DNA of 64,000 bases from Tubulanus polymorphus (lineage: Eukaryota; Animalia; Nemertea): contig NC_134031.1 of assembly GCF_964204645.1 (NCBI RefSeq), forward strand, positions 10,354,001 through 10,418,000. The letters are read 5' to 3'. Under the pieces are notes generated by a model that ran no database searches, was not told the origin of the DNA, and saw only the letters and a list, made by a program, of their open reading frames with translations. The position numbers were made by a program, and so were the translations under genes. This document shows positions 63,333 through 64,000 of this stretch, one piece after another. Every line of letters starts with the position of its first letter. The stretch's first letter is position 1.

Positions 63333-64000
63333 AGAGTAGGCCCAATGTTTCAAATACATAGGGCCTACAGCCTCACCTTACCCTAACCCTATCCCTTCCC
63401 GTACGAACATTCCAGAGTAATCCGTATGGGTGCGTACGAATAGCCTACGAAATTATTCGTACGTGTCCGTACGAATAGCTACTTCGCTATCAAATTGTGA
63501 CAAAACAAGCCCTACTATTACTAAGTAGTTAGGTATGTTCATGTCCGCGCGGGGTGCCACTATCGATTGTTACGACCATTATTGATTAGGAAAAGTGTGA
63601 TGCGCGTTTTTACTACGCGTTTTGACATCGCGTAGTAAAATCATTCATAAAACCTGTCTATCAATGCAAATGAGCTAAAATCTTTTGGAACCAACCAATA
63701 AGATCGATCTTTATCACTTGGGGGTTGGTTTAGTGTATAAATCCGCATCTTAGTCGAAGAAAATAGAAATCGAAATATACCCTTTTTCAAGAGCAAAATT
63801 AGTCAGCTTAGGACCCGGAATAAGCGACGAATCATCAGGAATCGGAAGGTTTAGGATCTTAAAATTCAAATACTGAAGACCGCATGATTTTATTTCGTGT
63901 CGGGGCTGAGCGATCGCTGCCGGAATAGTCGATGTCTAAGTTTCGCGTTGAAGCGAGCGATACAAAATGGCGGCCGGCACTTGTTATTGAATGACGACGC

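Noticed and set aside
63375-63400. CCCTAA-like telomeric repeats
   Set aside because: Only a few degenerate units embedded in a repeat element
63960-64000. AAAATGGCGGCC as start of a plus-strand gene or promoter
   Set aside because: Frame stops after 7 codons (TGA); window lies within a CDC73 intron; this motif is common in the local repeats

Overview
AT-rich eukaryotic (invertebrate-metazoan-like) genomic window lying entirely inside one host gene, CDC73/parafibromin (PAF1 complex), on the minus strand. Six internal exons (36265 to 9475) splice in frame through canonical GT-AG introns; the first and last exons lie outside the window. Almost all the rest is nested transposable-element DNA. 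It includes several non-autonomous Helentron/DINE-1-like (HINE) families, all in the same orientation; one carries a 154-bp tandem array with a CTCF-type motif in each unit, and another carries captured LINE cargo. It also includes two Penelope-like retroelements plus at least six minimal hammerhead-ribozyme cassettes sharing a downstream motif, L2/CR1 and Tx1 LINE relics, a Harbinger element retaining only its Myb/SANT gene, a spliced PHD-FLYWCH-MULE gene joined in frame to an Academ transposase, and MITEs with readable TIRs/TSDs (pogo-, Kolobok-, piggyBac-, Sola1-, hAT-, P-like). Family assignments come from recalled motifs, not database searches.
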